From a virus (Duplodnaviria > Caudoviricetes), in IMG/VR virus record IMGVR_UViG_3300032315_000313, positions 1 through 44,151 of that record: DNA of 44,151 nucleotides; one strand, 5' to 3'. Both the position numbers and the translations under genes were made by a program. The notes under the pieces are model-generated. The model did not search any database and had not been told where the DNA came from. It saw only the letters and a program-made list of their open reading frames with translations. Below, piece by piece: positions 20,701-29,704 of the stretch (position 1 is its first letter; each line of letters begins with the position of its first letter).

Positions 20701-22228
20701 TAACATGGTGTCTAACTTTACCCCCAATAGTATATCCTGATTGATTAGAATATACGTTACTGTTTTGGTAAAAAGTACCTACTCTTTTAGTAATTGGGTT
20801 AGCAGGAGCAACACTATTTGATATAGAACCATATTGTACACTAGGAGCAACAAAATCTCCAGGTATATGATAAGCTGCACCAATAGCCCCAGATTTATAT
20901 ACTGGAACAAAAGCTAAAGATACAACTTCACCCCTTTGATATCCTTTGTATTCAAAAGAAGCTGTAGTACCTTTATAACTATCTAGCCCTTGGTCTGCTA
21001 ATGAACCACTATTAGCATCAATTTCTTTTATATGATAATTTATTTTTAGGTCTTTTACAGCTTTAACCCAATCATCAAGAGTTGGATCTGACTCTAAATT
21101 ACTAAGAAATAAAACACCATCTTTTTGTTCTATACATTTAGCTTTATTATAATCAACAGGCTTTTTTATAATATCACCATCACTAATAATTTCTATAACA
21201 GACTCATTACCTGTATAAGTAAAAGTCATAGTACTACCAGATATAGCTACTCGTTTTACTACTTCACTAATTACTGCGTTAGTTTGACCACTATATCTTA
21301 CTACAACTAAATCAATAAATTGATAAACTGGGTCTATATCTTCTATAGTTATAGTTATAGACTTAGCTGTTGGAGTAGCAACAGGGGCCCCATCGTAATT
21401 TAAATCATTTTGAGTATTAACTCCGGTATTATCAGTAACATATATTGGGTTACTAATAAAACCAAAAGAACCAGCAGCTAAAGTATTAGTTAATAGCCTA
21501 GCTGTAAACATATACGCACCAGTTTCTATTATACCTCCACTATCGTTTACAATTGGGTTAGTAGGATTAGTAATTAAGCTACTAAGAAATAAAGATGTAG
21601 TACTATTAAAAGTACTAGGATTATAAGGTATAGATGCAGAATCATTGTCTAAATCTATTGCCCTAGGTATATTATGGTAATCAGTTAAATATATTATTCT
21701 ATGCCCATTGTATAATTTACGTGCTACAATGTCTATAGGACGATTTACTTTAAAATTTAATACAAAACTACCTGGAGTAGTAAATGTTTGCACTAAAGCG
21801 TTATTAGGGCCTACTATGAAGTTTAAATTATCGTTTAGTAATGTTTTGTATACTAATTGACCATTACTATTGTAAGATACAACCCCTATCTCTGATTCTA
21901 ATAAATTAGGTCCGCTTAAATTAGTATTTTGGTCTTTAGTTAATAATACTATTATTTCATTATTTAATACTGTTTTACCAACTAAAGAAAAATTAGTAGG
22001 ATTTACTTGTAAGCCTGTACCAGAAGCACTAAGCTTAAATTGTAAATCAATATCATAACCTAATATTAATTCATGCTTTAGTCCATCTTCATTTATAATG
22101 GACATAATATTTCCCTCTGTATTGATAGACTCAATATTTATAGCATGCCTATAAGTATTAGGTGGCTGATTCTGAGGATGATAATTTTTAAACATCCCAT
22201 TAGTAAATACACGAGGGCTCTTTTGCAT
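17759..22228 (-). CDS. Tail muzzle / stabilisation protein (P22 gp10-like, crAss001 gp44-like)
   Basis: 1489 aa, beta-rich; N-terminal QPPNTYRHAINI, C-terminal ISFHDYYP and RIRGKYF; follows a ring-protein gene. Confidence 0.8.
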   Translation of the reverse strand: MQKSPRVFTNGMFKNYHPQNQPPNTYRHAINIESINTEGNIMSIINEDGLKHELILGYDIDLQFKLSASGTGLQVNPTNFSLVGKTVLNNEIIVLLTKDQNTNLSGPNLLESEIGVVSYNSNGQLVYKTLLNDNLNFIVGPNNALVQTFTTPGSFVLNFKVNRPIDIVARKLYNGHRIIYLTDYHNIPRAIDLDNDSASIPYNPSTFNSTTSLFLSSLITNPTNPIVNDSGGIIETGAYMFTARLLTNTLAAGSFGFISNPIYVTDNTGVNTQNDLNYDGAPVATPTAKSITITIEDIDPVYQFIDLVVVRYSGQTNAVISEVVKRVAISGSTMTFTYTGNESVIEIISDGDIIKKPVDYNKAKCIEQKDGVLFLSNLESDPTLDDWVKAVKDLKINYHIKEIDANSGSLADQGLDSYKGTTASFEYKGYQRGEVVSLAFVPVYKSGAIGAAYHIPGDFVAPSVQYGSISNSVAPANPITKRVGTFYQNSNVYSNQSGYTIGGKVRHHVMPTISQEPTYVVVNGSLKYRVLGLEVDATSLNVAIANNQTLFDKISGFIIVRQQRDSNETQNKRIAAQGIINRLIKYNIGTMTSIRGEASPGGFSSNSLLPNGGYWTSGNNLWATNPKDRSPDGIPGTGVAQDFYDLSYLLGNTEILWGGKTAPRYGRRWNQINLNDNLGYEANKFGFFSPDFILNGKDFIDPTLLYLENVAYIKGTPEKLRFDNTKLKLASNATEIAASAAALIAFNLAGGIISAPFSIVAALGAYYGSLFAVASTKVLEAFKLNTKCDYTGGMTPGSNTVYTIEASQNLFTIPNNVGGFVQQFPTILGAEPLWGYENNGYFLLKTNNNVSINDIGTHDGTITFDNDNQWNMFGVGNGEGYAKEDFIPNSNHYRGLFNILRDIPDQYGDYTQAEYVKAAYIKSKQNNQPYTPVDLRFFGGDTYLGYFATTNTGKLRYDLAVTRLDNLAGIVNFPDTNIRWEGEDSKPSGRANEGDGGELRTLMGFVVESTKNVLYRHNIQGGLTYWPKEYNPASPKQGRYVVLDQPTYLGQTPYYNKQYSADNSILKFFPPSIIANQSTANNFECRTIYSTPDSVDGVTDNYRIFPLLNYHDVPKNKGEIWDTFVYNSILYLHTPKTLWRTFVNDTNALVSTDSINLQLGTNGIFQRPSEEVFTDLGGYAGSLSQWSNCHTPFGYIWLDTNQGKLFKLGSGIEEISDKGLTAYFSKIGQDYIQSTNSNGSLDNPMWDTPHNYGVLLGYDYKTKVLFLTRKLWKSDPNRNPDNSEHYTLTYSLNEQKFISFHDYYPDAYLSVGENLYVVKNPNAPYINSINTNYSDLYKIRSYKKGVYFRQHPTQNLYIESTNNSKIEIVLNDSPLLTKILDSLSLDHYTKNRNGTNVVNTFSKIQASSDVNQSANANIIFQSAFNPVLPSNSVLFRYLESQYNIVIPREAVTSARIRGKYFIIVLEFDNTNDYEIVFNAISANYRISVR

Positions 22229-23121
22229 TATAAATGTAGTTGCTCTTGACTATTTAAATCGTTAAAGAAAGTGTCGAATTGATTTATATTAGGTATAAGT
22301 CTAACCCATTGATTTTTGATACTTTCTAGCATACCTAAATCAGGCATATTAGAAGTAGCTCTAGCTTGTTTACAATACCAATGCCACTTATTTTCCATGT
22401 CTAAGTATATAGTAGAGTTTATATTTCCTCTTAAATACTCTATATACATCATTTTCATGGTAATATATCTATATATAGCTTCCCTATAGCTAATATCATC
22501 CGGTACTAATGGAAACCCTTCATCATCTGTTGGAATAGCCATATATGCAATAAATACAGTACCATTAGTAAAAGAAGTTTTTATGTAATAGTCTCCTATC
22601 CAATAGGTGCCTCTTTCATCTAAACCTTTTTCTAATAAAGGACTTAAAGTAGAAGTTCTATTTAAAACAGCTAACAACTCTCTTCTTAAATCTTGTAACG
22701 AATTATTTAGAGATTCAATTACTATAACATTAGTAGCTACTGCTAATTGCTGATTAATAGAATTAATTTGTAGTTCTATACGAGCTATAGTAGCTTGCTC
22801 ATATAAACTTAAATCTGTATCTTTGTTATTACTAAAACAAGATGTATGCATTAAATGCATGAAACTCCCAGTTCCAGGGCTTAATGGCTTACCATTATAT
22901 GATACTTGTAATAATTGATGAAAGTCACATGGTAAAATACCTCTATGATTTTGTACATCTATTTTTTCGCACCTTTTTTCAAATTGCCCATAAGCCCCAA
23001 TATGTTGTAGAGCTTCAGCTCCCCATTCAATAGCATTTTGCCAAGGAAAATCTTTGGAGTATTGTAAATCTCTAATTGTTTTAGAAATTATATTCTTTAA
23101 AGATACTGACCCATGAATCAT
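22228..23121 (-). CDS. Tail ring / tubular protein (P22 gp4-like; R1-type)
   Basis: LPCDF and YMAIPTDDEGFPLVPD motifs; immediately upstream of the muzzle gene. Confidence 0.75.
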   Translation of the reverse strand: MIHGSVSLKNIISKTIRDLQYSKDFPWQNAIEWGAEALQHIGAYGQFEKRCEKIDVQNHRGILPCDFHQLLQVSYNGKPLSPGTGSFMHLMHTSCFSNNKDTDLSLYEQATIARIELQINSINQQLAVATNVIVIESLNNSLQDLRRELLAVLNRTSTLSPLLEKGLDERGTYWIGDYYIKTSFTNGTVFIAYMAIPTDDEGFPLVPDDISYREAIYRYITMKMMYIEYLRGNINSTIYLDMENKWHWYCKQARATSNMPDLGMLESIKNQWVRLIPNINQFDTFFNDLNSQEQLHL

Positions 23122-23122
23122 A

Positions 23123-23593
23123 TTATAAGTAATTTAAATCTTTTAGTGGTGTATTTTTAACGTAAGAACTAAGTCTACGTTTAAGAAAAGTTCTATTAGG
23201 AATAAAACTATATAAATTTACGTTTGATATTCTACCTCTATGCCATACATATCTAAAATAAAAACCTCTTGTATGGTCATTTAGAATATATAATTTTTCT
23301 CCTGTTTCTTTATAATGATTATAATCTATTTTTAGATGCTCCATTGATGTTTTTACTCTACGAATACTTAAAACACCTAATCTATTATAGAATTTATAAT
23401 TAGAGCCTTTTTCAATTACATAAGTAGTTACTTTGTCTAAGTATAAGTCAATTATATCCTTATACTCATTACTGGATAAGTCGTACTTAGAACTATATTT
23501 ACTTACGCTTTCTTTATAATATTTATAAAAGTCACGTAAACCTAATTCACATTTATATTTATTGGGCTTATTAGTCCTTGCTGTTATTTGCAT
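23123..23593 (-). CDS. IHF/HU-like DNA-binding protein of the crAss tail module
   Basis: Basic protein with RLGVLSIRRVK arm and NDHTRGFYFRYVW; conserved position between ring genes. Confidence 0.6.
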   Translation of the reverse strand: MQITARTNKPNKYKCELGLRDFYKYYKESVSKYSSKYDLSSNEYKDIIDLYLDKVTTYVIEKGSNYKFYNRLGVLSIRRVKTSMEHLKIDYNHYKETGEKLYILNDHTRGFYFRYVWHRGRISNVNLYSFIPNRTFLKRRLSSYVKNTPLKDLNYL

Positions 23594-24287
23594 TGTTACT
23601 ATTATCTGTTATTGAATTAAAAAATAAAGGAAGTTCTCTAGTACGTATCATATCAGTTATAGTATTTATCATATACCCTGGTACTGGATACAAGCTATTA
23701 TCATCGTAACAGTTAGTACCATTACAATTTTTAAAGTTAGCTAACTCTGTAGGGTCAGCAAATATACCACTAATTGATATGTATTTTAAAGTTGTATTAT
23801 TTAGAATATAAATATGCCCATTATTGTAATACCATTTAGGAAATTTACCTACATATTTATCGTAACCTACAAAAGGCACTTGAGAATTAGTTACTCTTTG
23901 AAAAGGTGGGGTAGCTACAACAGCATGAGGATTCTCATTATCTACTTCATCTGAAAACTGTACTATACTCCCAACGTATTGAATACCATCACTATGAGAT
24001 AGCTCTACTAACTGAGGTATTTTGTTAGTAGTTCTTAATACTTTATGGCATGTAGTTATTTCGCAACATTCAGCTGCATCTACTAAACTAACAGGTAAAC
24101 ACCCTATAGTTTGAAGTAATACACTATCTATAGTATTACCTTTACCATCCTGTTGTTTTATTAATACTTCCCTATAATTGTTAAACCAATAGGTTAATAG
24201 CCTTAAACTAGGAAGAGCGTCATCAGACGCCCTACCTGCTTGAATAAGGTTTAACAAATTATACTGTATTTTCTTTAGTGTTTGCAT
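23571..24287 (-). CDS. Tail ring protein (R2-type)
   Basis: NGHIYI, ISGIFADP and YPVP motifs; tail-module position. Confidence 0.65.
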   Translation of the reverse strand: MQTLKKIQYNLLNLIQAGRASDDALPSLRLLTYWFNNYREVLIKQQDGKGNTIDSVLLQTIGCLPVSLVDAAECCEITTCHKVLRTTNKIPQLVELSHSDGIQYVGSIVQFSDEVDNENPHAVVATPPFQRVTNSQVPFVGYDKYVGKFPKWYYNNGHIYILNNTTLKYISISGIFADPTELANFKNCNGTNCYDDNSLYPVPGYMINTITDMIRTRELPLFFNSITDNSNNANNSKD

Positions 24288-24616
24288 TAAGCAACAATTA
24301 CATTATAAATAAAGCTTAATTGTATTGGCACTGTTGTTGAACTAATTCGTATTAAATCAACTCCATCAGTATCTAAATTAAAAGTACCTGAGTTATCTAA
24401 AGATAGTTCTAAAGTACCTTCTGTACTAGTAAACTGGGATACAGTAGAATTGTTTGTATCAAATTCAACTTGAAAACTATAAATGGAAGCTGTTGGGTTA
24501 ACAATAGTTACATTAAAGCAGTTCTCTGGTAAAACTAATACAAATGGTGACGCTGGCACTATAGTTACTACTCCTGTAGTATTTAATGCATCTTTGAAAG
24601 TTTGTTTTATTTTCAT
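24287..24616 (-). CDS. Hypothetical beta-rich virion protein
   Basis: 109-aa ORF coupled to the next gene by TAATG. Confidence 0.5.
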   Translation of the reverse strand: MKIKQTFKDALNTTGVVTIVPASPFVLVLPENCFNVTIVNPTASIYSFQVEFDTNNSTVSQFTSTEGTLELSLDNSGTFNLDTDGVDLIRISSTTVPIQLSFIYNVIVA

Positions 24617-24617
24617 A

Positions 24618-25508
24618 TTACATAGGGATTACAATAGGTATTTTTCCATTTAGAACTACTCCACAAGATAACACAGAGCGTCTGTTATTTTCTTTTCCAT
24701 ATGCAAAAGCATAAGTATCATCATTTACTAAGCAACCAACTGACATACCGAATATGGTATCTTTTTTAGAAGCTAAGTATTTAGCCCCAGCAACAGTATG
24801 TAAATGCCCTATTACTGTAGATTGTCTATTTTCTTTAGCAATATTTATAGCTGCATTTTCTCCACTATAATTAGTACCATGTTGATACATGACTCCTAAG
24901 TATTCATGAGAAAAACTAAAATTCCAACCATCAGGAGTTTTTAGTATTTGTTTATAGTCTTTTAACCAAGAACTAGGTAAACCAGCTAATGCAGCTTGTC
25001 TGAATATTCTAGCATCGTGATTACCAATAGTTACATCTACTTCTGGGAATAATTGATACCAACTTTTAAGTTTAGCAAGTACTTCTTCATACTCATAAGA
25101 AATAGTTTTTGATGAAGGGTCTTTATCATATCTAGATATTGCATAGTTATCAATTACATCACCAATATGTATTACTTTACCACAATCGAATTTATCTTTA
25201 ACATGCTTTAAAAAAGCTAAAGAATCTTTATGTTCAAAAGGTAAATGAGTATCTGGTATAACTAAAACATTGTTTTTGTTGCCTGTAGTTTTTCTAATAC
25301 TAGGAGCTTCAACAGGTATAGAAGGCTCTGTTTTAGTAGAAGCCTCTTTTAGTATATCTATTAATCTTTTTTTACCACTTCTAGCTGCAATTACTTCATC
25401 TACTGTTAAATTGTACCTTTTAGCTAAATACCTAGAGTTTTCTTTTCTTAACTTTGGATTTGCGTCTAAATCTGCTTTTAGTTTTAAAATTTTACTGTTG
25501 TTATTCAT
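24618..25508 (-). CDS. Calcineurin-like metallophosphoesterase with basic N-terminal (HTH-like) extension
   Basis: Complete motif set: DTH, GDVID, GNHD, HG, GHLH. Confidence 0.9.
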   Translation of the reverse strand: MNNNSKILKLKADLDANPKLRKENSRYLAKRYNLTVDEVIAARSGKKRLIDILKEASTKTEPSIPVEAPSIRKTTGNKNNVLVIPDTHLPFEHKDSLAFLKHVKDKFDCGKVIHIGDVIDNYAISRYDKDPSSKTISYEYEEVLAKLKSWYQLFPEVDVTIGNHDARIFRQAALAGLPSSWLKDYKQILKTPDGWNFSFSHEYLGVMYQHGTNYSGENAAINIAKENRQSTVIGHLHTVAGAKYLASKKDTIFGMSVGCLVNDDTYAFAYGKENNRRSVLSCGVVLNGKIPIVIPM

Positions 25509-25777
25509 TACTCTTCAAATGTTGGTGAATGGTTACAAAAATTACATATATCCTTTATTGCAAAGTATATACTATTATAGTTATCAATAGATACGCAATT
25601 GTTAGGCAGATAGTTACCAAAAGTAGTTGTTAATAAATATAATAATTTAAATTTATACAACTCTTGCTCTGATATATTTAAACCTAACTGTAGTTTACAA
25701 GCTATAGAATACCCTTTAGATGCATAACAGCATTTAGCATTAGTCATAAATATATTATGATATTGTTCTGGTGTCAT
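25508..25777 (-). CDS. Small Cys-rich protein (possible tail hub component)
   Basis: 89 aa, TAATG-coupled on both sides, Cys-rich. Confidence 0.45.
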   Translation of the reverse strand: MTPEQYHNIFMTNAKCCYASKGYSIACKLQLGLNISEQELYKFKLLYLLTTTFGNYLPNNCVSIDNYNSIYFAIKDICNFCNHSPTFEE

Positions 25778-27291
25778 TACAATTCTAAAATAGGTAGAGT
25801 AGTTATAAAAGTTACTTTATATGTTTCTGATAAAGTCGTAGCTAGAGGGCCTAAAGGTATATACACTAAATCATCTCCACTAGCTGTAAATGCTGTTGAA
25901 GAAGCTGGATTACAAGACCCTAATAGAGTAAAATCTATAGAAGCTAAAGAAGGGTTACTTAAATTATTGGTTGCAGCAGCAGTATCTAAAGAACAACTAA
26001 AGCTACCTCTATTGACAGCAAATCTTCTACGACTAGGCATAACAGAAGAAGTACCAGTTAAATATAGTTGGGGTACTTGAAAACATACAAATATATCTCT
26101 TGTTGCTAATTCTCCATTAGTTACTCCTACAGTAAGCTCTCCAACTAGATGAATAGTAGGCCCATCTAATTTATAATTTAGAGTTCCTGAAGCTGAAGTC
26201 AAACTAACTGAAGTAGAGCTACCAGAGCCATCATATGTACCTATTTGTACTTCTATTGAAGTAGGAGTACTAGTAGTTGATAAAGCTATACTTCTCCATG
26301 TATATGCAGGTAAAGCGTTATATACACCCCCTGACCTTTGATATATTTTATTAGATTCTGCGGCTAAGGCAACATCTCCATCAACACCAGTGCTATTAGT
26401 TATAGTAGTAGTAAAAGGTGAACTACCATCAGGTGTAAATTCAGTAATTATACTACCAGGAGTACCAGCTGCACCAGCTGCCCCTGTAGCACCAGTAGCG
26501 CCTGTTGCGCCAGTACTACCTTGTAAAGTACCTTGAGAAGTCCATGTAGTAGCTCCTGTTTTTAGATAAAAAGTATTAGGAGCAACAGTATCAATATATA
26601 CATCACCAACTTTACCTAATCCAGTAGAAGGAACCCCAGACCCAGTTAGTATAATACTTGCAGCTATATTTATTGCTGAACTTAGTATACCATAACCACT
26701 AGAAGTAATATAAGGGTCACTAGGAACACTAGGGGGTGTACCAGTACCTCCAACATAATCTATTATTTTTAGAGCTATATTGGTACCTGTAGCAATTTCT
26801 ATTGAGCCATTATTTCTAACAGGTATAATAAGTGGAGACCAACCTTCGTCTCCTTGTTGGCCTGTAGCTCCAGCGGCTCCAGTGGCCCCTGTATTTCCAG
26901 TTGCCCCTTGTATACCTTGAATCCCTTGTATACCAATACCATATATACCAGCTGGACTTACTTTAGTACCAGATGCTACAGTTTGACCAGTAGTTTTTAA
27001 GCTTTGATTAAACGTATTTAACGCAGAATCATACTGTGCAGTTATACCAGAAGAGTTAGAGCTTAATACTTGGTAATAACCAGCTGCTTCAACAAATATG
27101 TATAAAGATTCAATAAAAGGTTCAAAATTTACAACCTCAATAACAACCGGAGTATTTACAGCTGGTTGAATATAACTAGCAGTAGTTTCTGTATAAGCAT
27201 TTTCACCATTAATACCATTTGTACCATTTGTACCATTGGTACCAGGAGGCCCTTGGGGTATTTCTAAAGCGCTATTTGAGCAATCACACAT
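25777..27291 (-). CDS. Collagen-like tail fibre protein
   Basis: Three Gly-X-Y blocks (GTNGTNGTNGING; GIQGIQGIQGATGNTGATG; GATGATGATGAAG) and GSGVP...GKVGDVYID spacer motifs. Confidence 0.85.
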   Translation of the reverse strand: MCDCSNSALEIPQGPPGTNGTNGTNGINGENAYTETTASYIQPAVNTPVVIEVVNFEPFIESLYIFVEAAGYYQVLSSNSSGITAQYDSALNTFNQSLKTTGQTVASGTKVSPAGIYGIGIQGIQGIQGATGNTGATGAAGATGQQGDEGWSPLIIPVRNNGSIEIATGTNIALKIIDYVGGTGTPPSVPSDPYITSSGYGILSSAINIAASIILTGSGVPSTGLGKVGDVYIDTVAPNTFYLKTGATTWTSQGTLQGSTGATGATGATGAAGAAGTPGSIITEFTPDGSSPFTTTITNSTGVDGDVALAAESNKIYQRSGGVYNALPAYTWRSIALSTTSTPTSIEVQIGTYDGSGSSTSVSLTSASGTLNYKLDGPTIHLVGELTVGVTNGELATRDIFVCFQVPQLYLTGTSSVMPSRRRFAVNRGSFSCSLDTAAATNNLSNPSLASIDFTLLGSCNPASSTAFTASGDDLVYIPLGPLATTLSETYKVTFITTLPILEL

Positions 27292-27304
27292 ATTATATAA
27301 TTAA

Positions 27305-27925
27305 TTAATTACAACCACAATTACAATTACCACCTAGTAAATCAGATAGTAGGGAATACAATTTATCAGCTTTTTTTACATCTCCGCATCTAACAGCATT
27401 ACATAATGCTTGATTATATGCAGCTAACATCATATATTTATCAACTTCTTTTTTACTACATTTAGAAGTTAAACAATAATCATCAGCTAATTTTACTAAT
27501 TCTTGTTTTAGTTTACATTGTAAGTTACAAGTTAAATAAAAATACTGAGTTACAGTATATGTAGTACTTATAGTATTAGCAAAATAAGTTATTTTATACT
27601 TACCATCTTGAATAAGTTTATTAGGGTCATTTTGACCACTTTGAGCTGTTAAGCCACCTGTTAAACTAGGAAATACTTGTAGTCCATTTGTAAATAATAA
27701 ACTACCTGAAAAAGAAGTAGTATATGGACCAATATTAGAAGTTATATTATTAGGGTCTACAATTGTAAATCCCCAGTTATAACCATTAAAGTCTGTTTTA
27801 GCTGGATTAGGTGTACCAAAACCCCCTGGGTTAGTTGATACATTATAATCACCAGTAGCATCAAATAGATAGATTCTATCGCAAGTGCTACTTTCATTTA
27901 GGGAGGATTTTAGTGATAGAGCCAT
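27305..27925 (-). CDS. Putative tail hub / fibre-attachment protein
   Basis: DATGDY...GGFGTPN and DGKYKITY motifs; helical Cys-rich C-terminus ending CNCGCN. Confidence 0.55.
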   Translation of the reverse strand: MALSLKSSLNESSTCDRIYLFDATGDYNVSTNPGGFGTPNPAKTDFNGYNWGFTIVDPNNITSNIGPYTTSFSGSLLFTNGLQVFPSLTGGLTAQSGQNDPNKLIQDGKYKITYFANTISTTYTVTQYFYLTCNLQCKLKQELVKLADDYCLTSKCSKKEVDKYMMLAAYNQALCNAVRCGDVKKADKLYSLLSDLLGGNCNCGCN

Positions 27926-27926
27926 A

Positions 27927-27963
27927 AAATAAAAAGGGTACTAATTATACGTTAGCACCCTTT
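27927..27963 (-). terminator. Intrinsic terminator-like hairpin after the capsid-accessory genes
   Basis: Minus strand AAAGGGUGCUAA-CGUAUAA-UUAGUACCCUUU (12-bp stem with one G-U) followed by UUAUUUU. Confidence 0.65.
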
Positions 27964-27974
27964 ATAAAGTTATT
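27946..27974 (-). promoter_or_regulatory. Putative ECF-like promoter AATAAC-N17-CGTATA
   Basis: The same bipartite motif recurs at 34174-34201 and 44016-44042, all intergenic and sense to the genes. Confidence 0.5.
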
Positions 27975-27983
27975 AGATTTTAA

Positions 27984-28397
27984 TTATTGAGAGATTAAAT
28001 AAGTAACATAAAAAGTTAATACAGCAGCAGTAATATCATTTGTAGTAGCAGTACCTTTAACTGCAAACCTCAAATTACCAGCTGTGGATATAACTTTTGG
28101 AGCTGTTACTGTAACAACACTTCCAGTAGTTACTGCTGTTGGATAGCATGTAGTAGAAATATCAGTATTACTCGCATGAGTAGTACTATTACCTACTTGT
28201 AGTACCATCATTGTATTAGTAGTAGTACCACTCGCTTGAGTTGTACCTTTTACAATTACAGAAGATATAATAGCACCAGCAGGTATTTTAATTCCTAAAT
28301 CATATGCACTTGTAGCACCAGCAGTACCACCATTAGCAGCAACACTATAATCAGCTGTTACTGTCCTTGATTTTAAATTTTGTTTATTAGTAGACAT
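27984..28397 (-). CDS. Putative head decoration / small capsid-associated protein
   Basis: Thr/Ala-rich beta protein (LGIKIPAGAII); follows the auxiliary capsid gene and precedes a terminator. Confidence 0.5.
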   Translation of the reverse strand: MSTNKQNLKSRTVTADYSVAANGGTAGATSAYDLGIKIPAGAIISSVIVKGTTQASGTTTNTMMVLQVGNSTTHASNTDISTTCYPTAVTTGSVVTVTAPKVISTAGNLRFAVKGTATTNDITAAVLTFYVTYLISQ

Positions 28398-28408
28398 CGT
28401 TTTATATA

Positions 28409-29677
28409 TTAAATACCGGTTATAGGAGCAAAGTTAAATGGAGTACTATTCATATAGTTATTCAAACTAGATAACAAGTTAGTTATAAAGTATGCTTGAG
28501 TAGCAGTATCTCTGTAAAAAGGTACAGCAACAATAGTAGTAAGACTAGTAGAGTGACGTTGATTATCAAACATAATTTCTTGTTCTCCTTCATGAACGAT
28601 AGTTACTAAAGAGTAGAAAGCATATTTAATCAAAGTATCTCCTGAACCAACAGCTACACCAAAAGTACCTTCAATACGAATATCAGAGTTAGTTGTATCA
28701 ATTACCTCTATTTTATAGAAATTACCATTGATGCTAATACGCTGACCAACTACTAACCCAGCTACTGAAGTTAAACTGATTACATTATCAGCAGAAGTAG
28801 CAGTACCGTTAGTTGTATGAGTTGTAGCGCTAGCAAATCCAGCTTTTTCTACATAAGTATCAGGATTAGCTGGTAACCAAATTAAGTTTTGAACACCAAG
28901 AGCTTGACCTTTAACCCATTTTTCAAAATAGTCTAGTCCTTCGTAGTCATTTACACTCATATTTCCTACTCCTAAAGTATTCTCTACATGAGTAATATTT
29001 CTAGCAGCAGTCCATCCTAAGTCTAAATGAACACTAAAGAATACATCAGGAAATAAACCAACTAGTTTAATACCATAGTTAGTAGCTCCTGTAAGACCAT
29101 TAAGACCAGTACCATCTCCAATTACTGTAGCTCTAGCTAAACCTGGTTTAGAACCATTAGTTTGTAAATCAGAGTTAATAGCAGTTGCAGCGGCAGTTGC
29201 TATAGATAATTGAGTAGGAGCAGCACCAGTTACAGTTGTATAACGTCTAAAATATGAAAAGAAAGATTTTTTATCTTTAAAATTCAAAGTTAGAGTGTAT
29301 TCAGTATTTGGAGCTACAGGAATAGAACCAGCACCAGTAGACAAAGGTAAATTAGTATTGATAGTAGTATTACCATCATAACCAACTGTTGAAATTTGAT
29401 TTACTGAAGCAGTCCAAGGAGAACCTTCATAACGATAAACTCTATTACCTAATATAGGAGTAGAATTAATGTTACCTGTAGTAGTACCTTGTACTAATGT
29501 TAAAGAAGGAGTAGTTGTAGTAGTTTCAACTGCACCATAAACCTGATTAGTAAGTAGAGCGCTGTCTTTAGTAAAAGCAGCAACTCCTTGATTTTCTACT
29601 GTATTAATAGTAGTACCTGCATAAGTGCCATCTACGTCGTTTCCAACTAAAAGGCGATAAACTGTGTTACGTTCCAT
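28409..29677 (-). CDS. Auxiliary capsid protein (crAss001 gp36-like position)
   Basis: 422 aa, Thr/Gly-rich beta protein; follows the two ring genes. Confidence 0.6.
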   Translation of the reverse strand: MERNTVYRLLVGNDVDGTYAGTTINTVENQGVAAFTKDSALLTNQVYGAVETTTTTPSLTLVQGTTTGNINSTPILGNRVYRYEGSPWTASVNQISTVGYDGNTTINTNLPLSTGAGSIPVAPNTEYTLTLNFKDKKSFFSYFRRYTTVTGAAPTQLSIATAAATAINSDLQTNGSKPGLARATVIGDGTGLNGLTGATNYGIKLVGLFPDVFFSVHLDLGWTAARNITHVENTLGVGNMSVNDYEGLDYFEKWVKGQALGVQNLIWLPANPDTYVEKAGFASATTHTTNGTATSADNVISLTSVAGLVVGQRISINGNFYKIEVIDTTNSDIRIEGTFGVAVGSGDTLIKYAFYSLVTIVHEGEQEIMFDNQRHSTSLTTIVAVPFYRDTATQAYFITNLLSSLNNYMNSTPFNFAPITGI

Positions 29678-29704
29678 ATATGTGAATTTAAATTAAGTTA
29701 CGAA

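Noticed and set aside
26460-27250. 9-bp tandem repeats as a CRISPR array or VNTR
   Set aside because: They simply encode collagen Gly-X-Y triplets.
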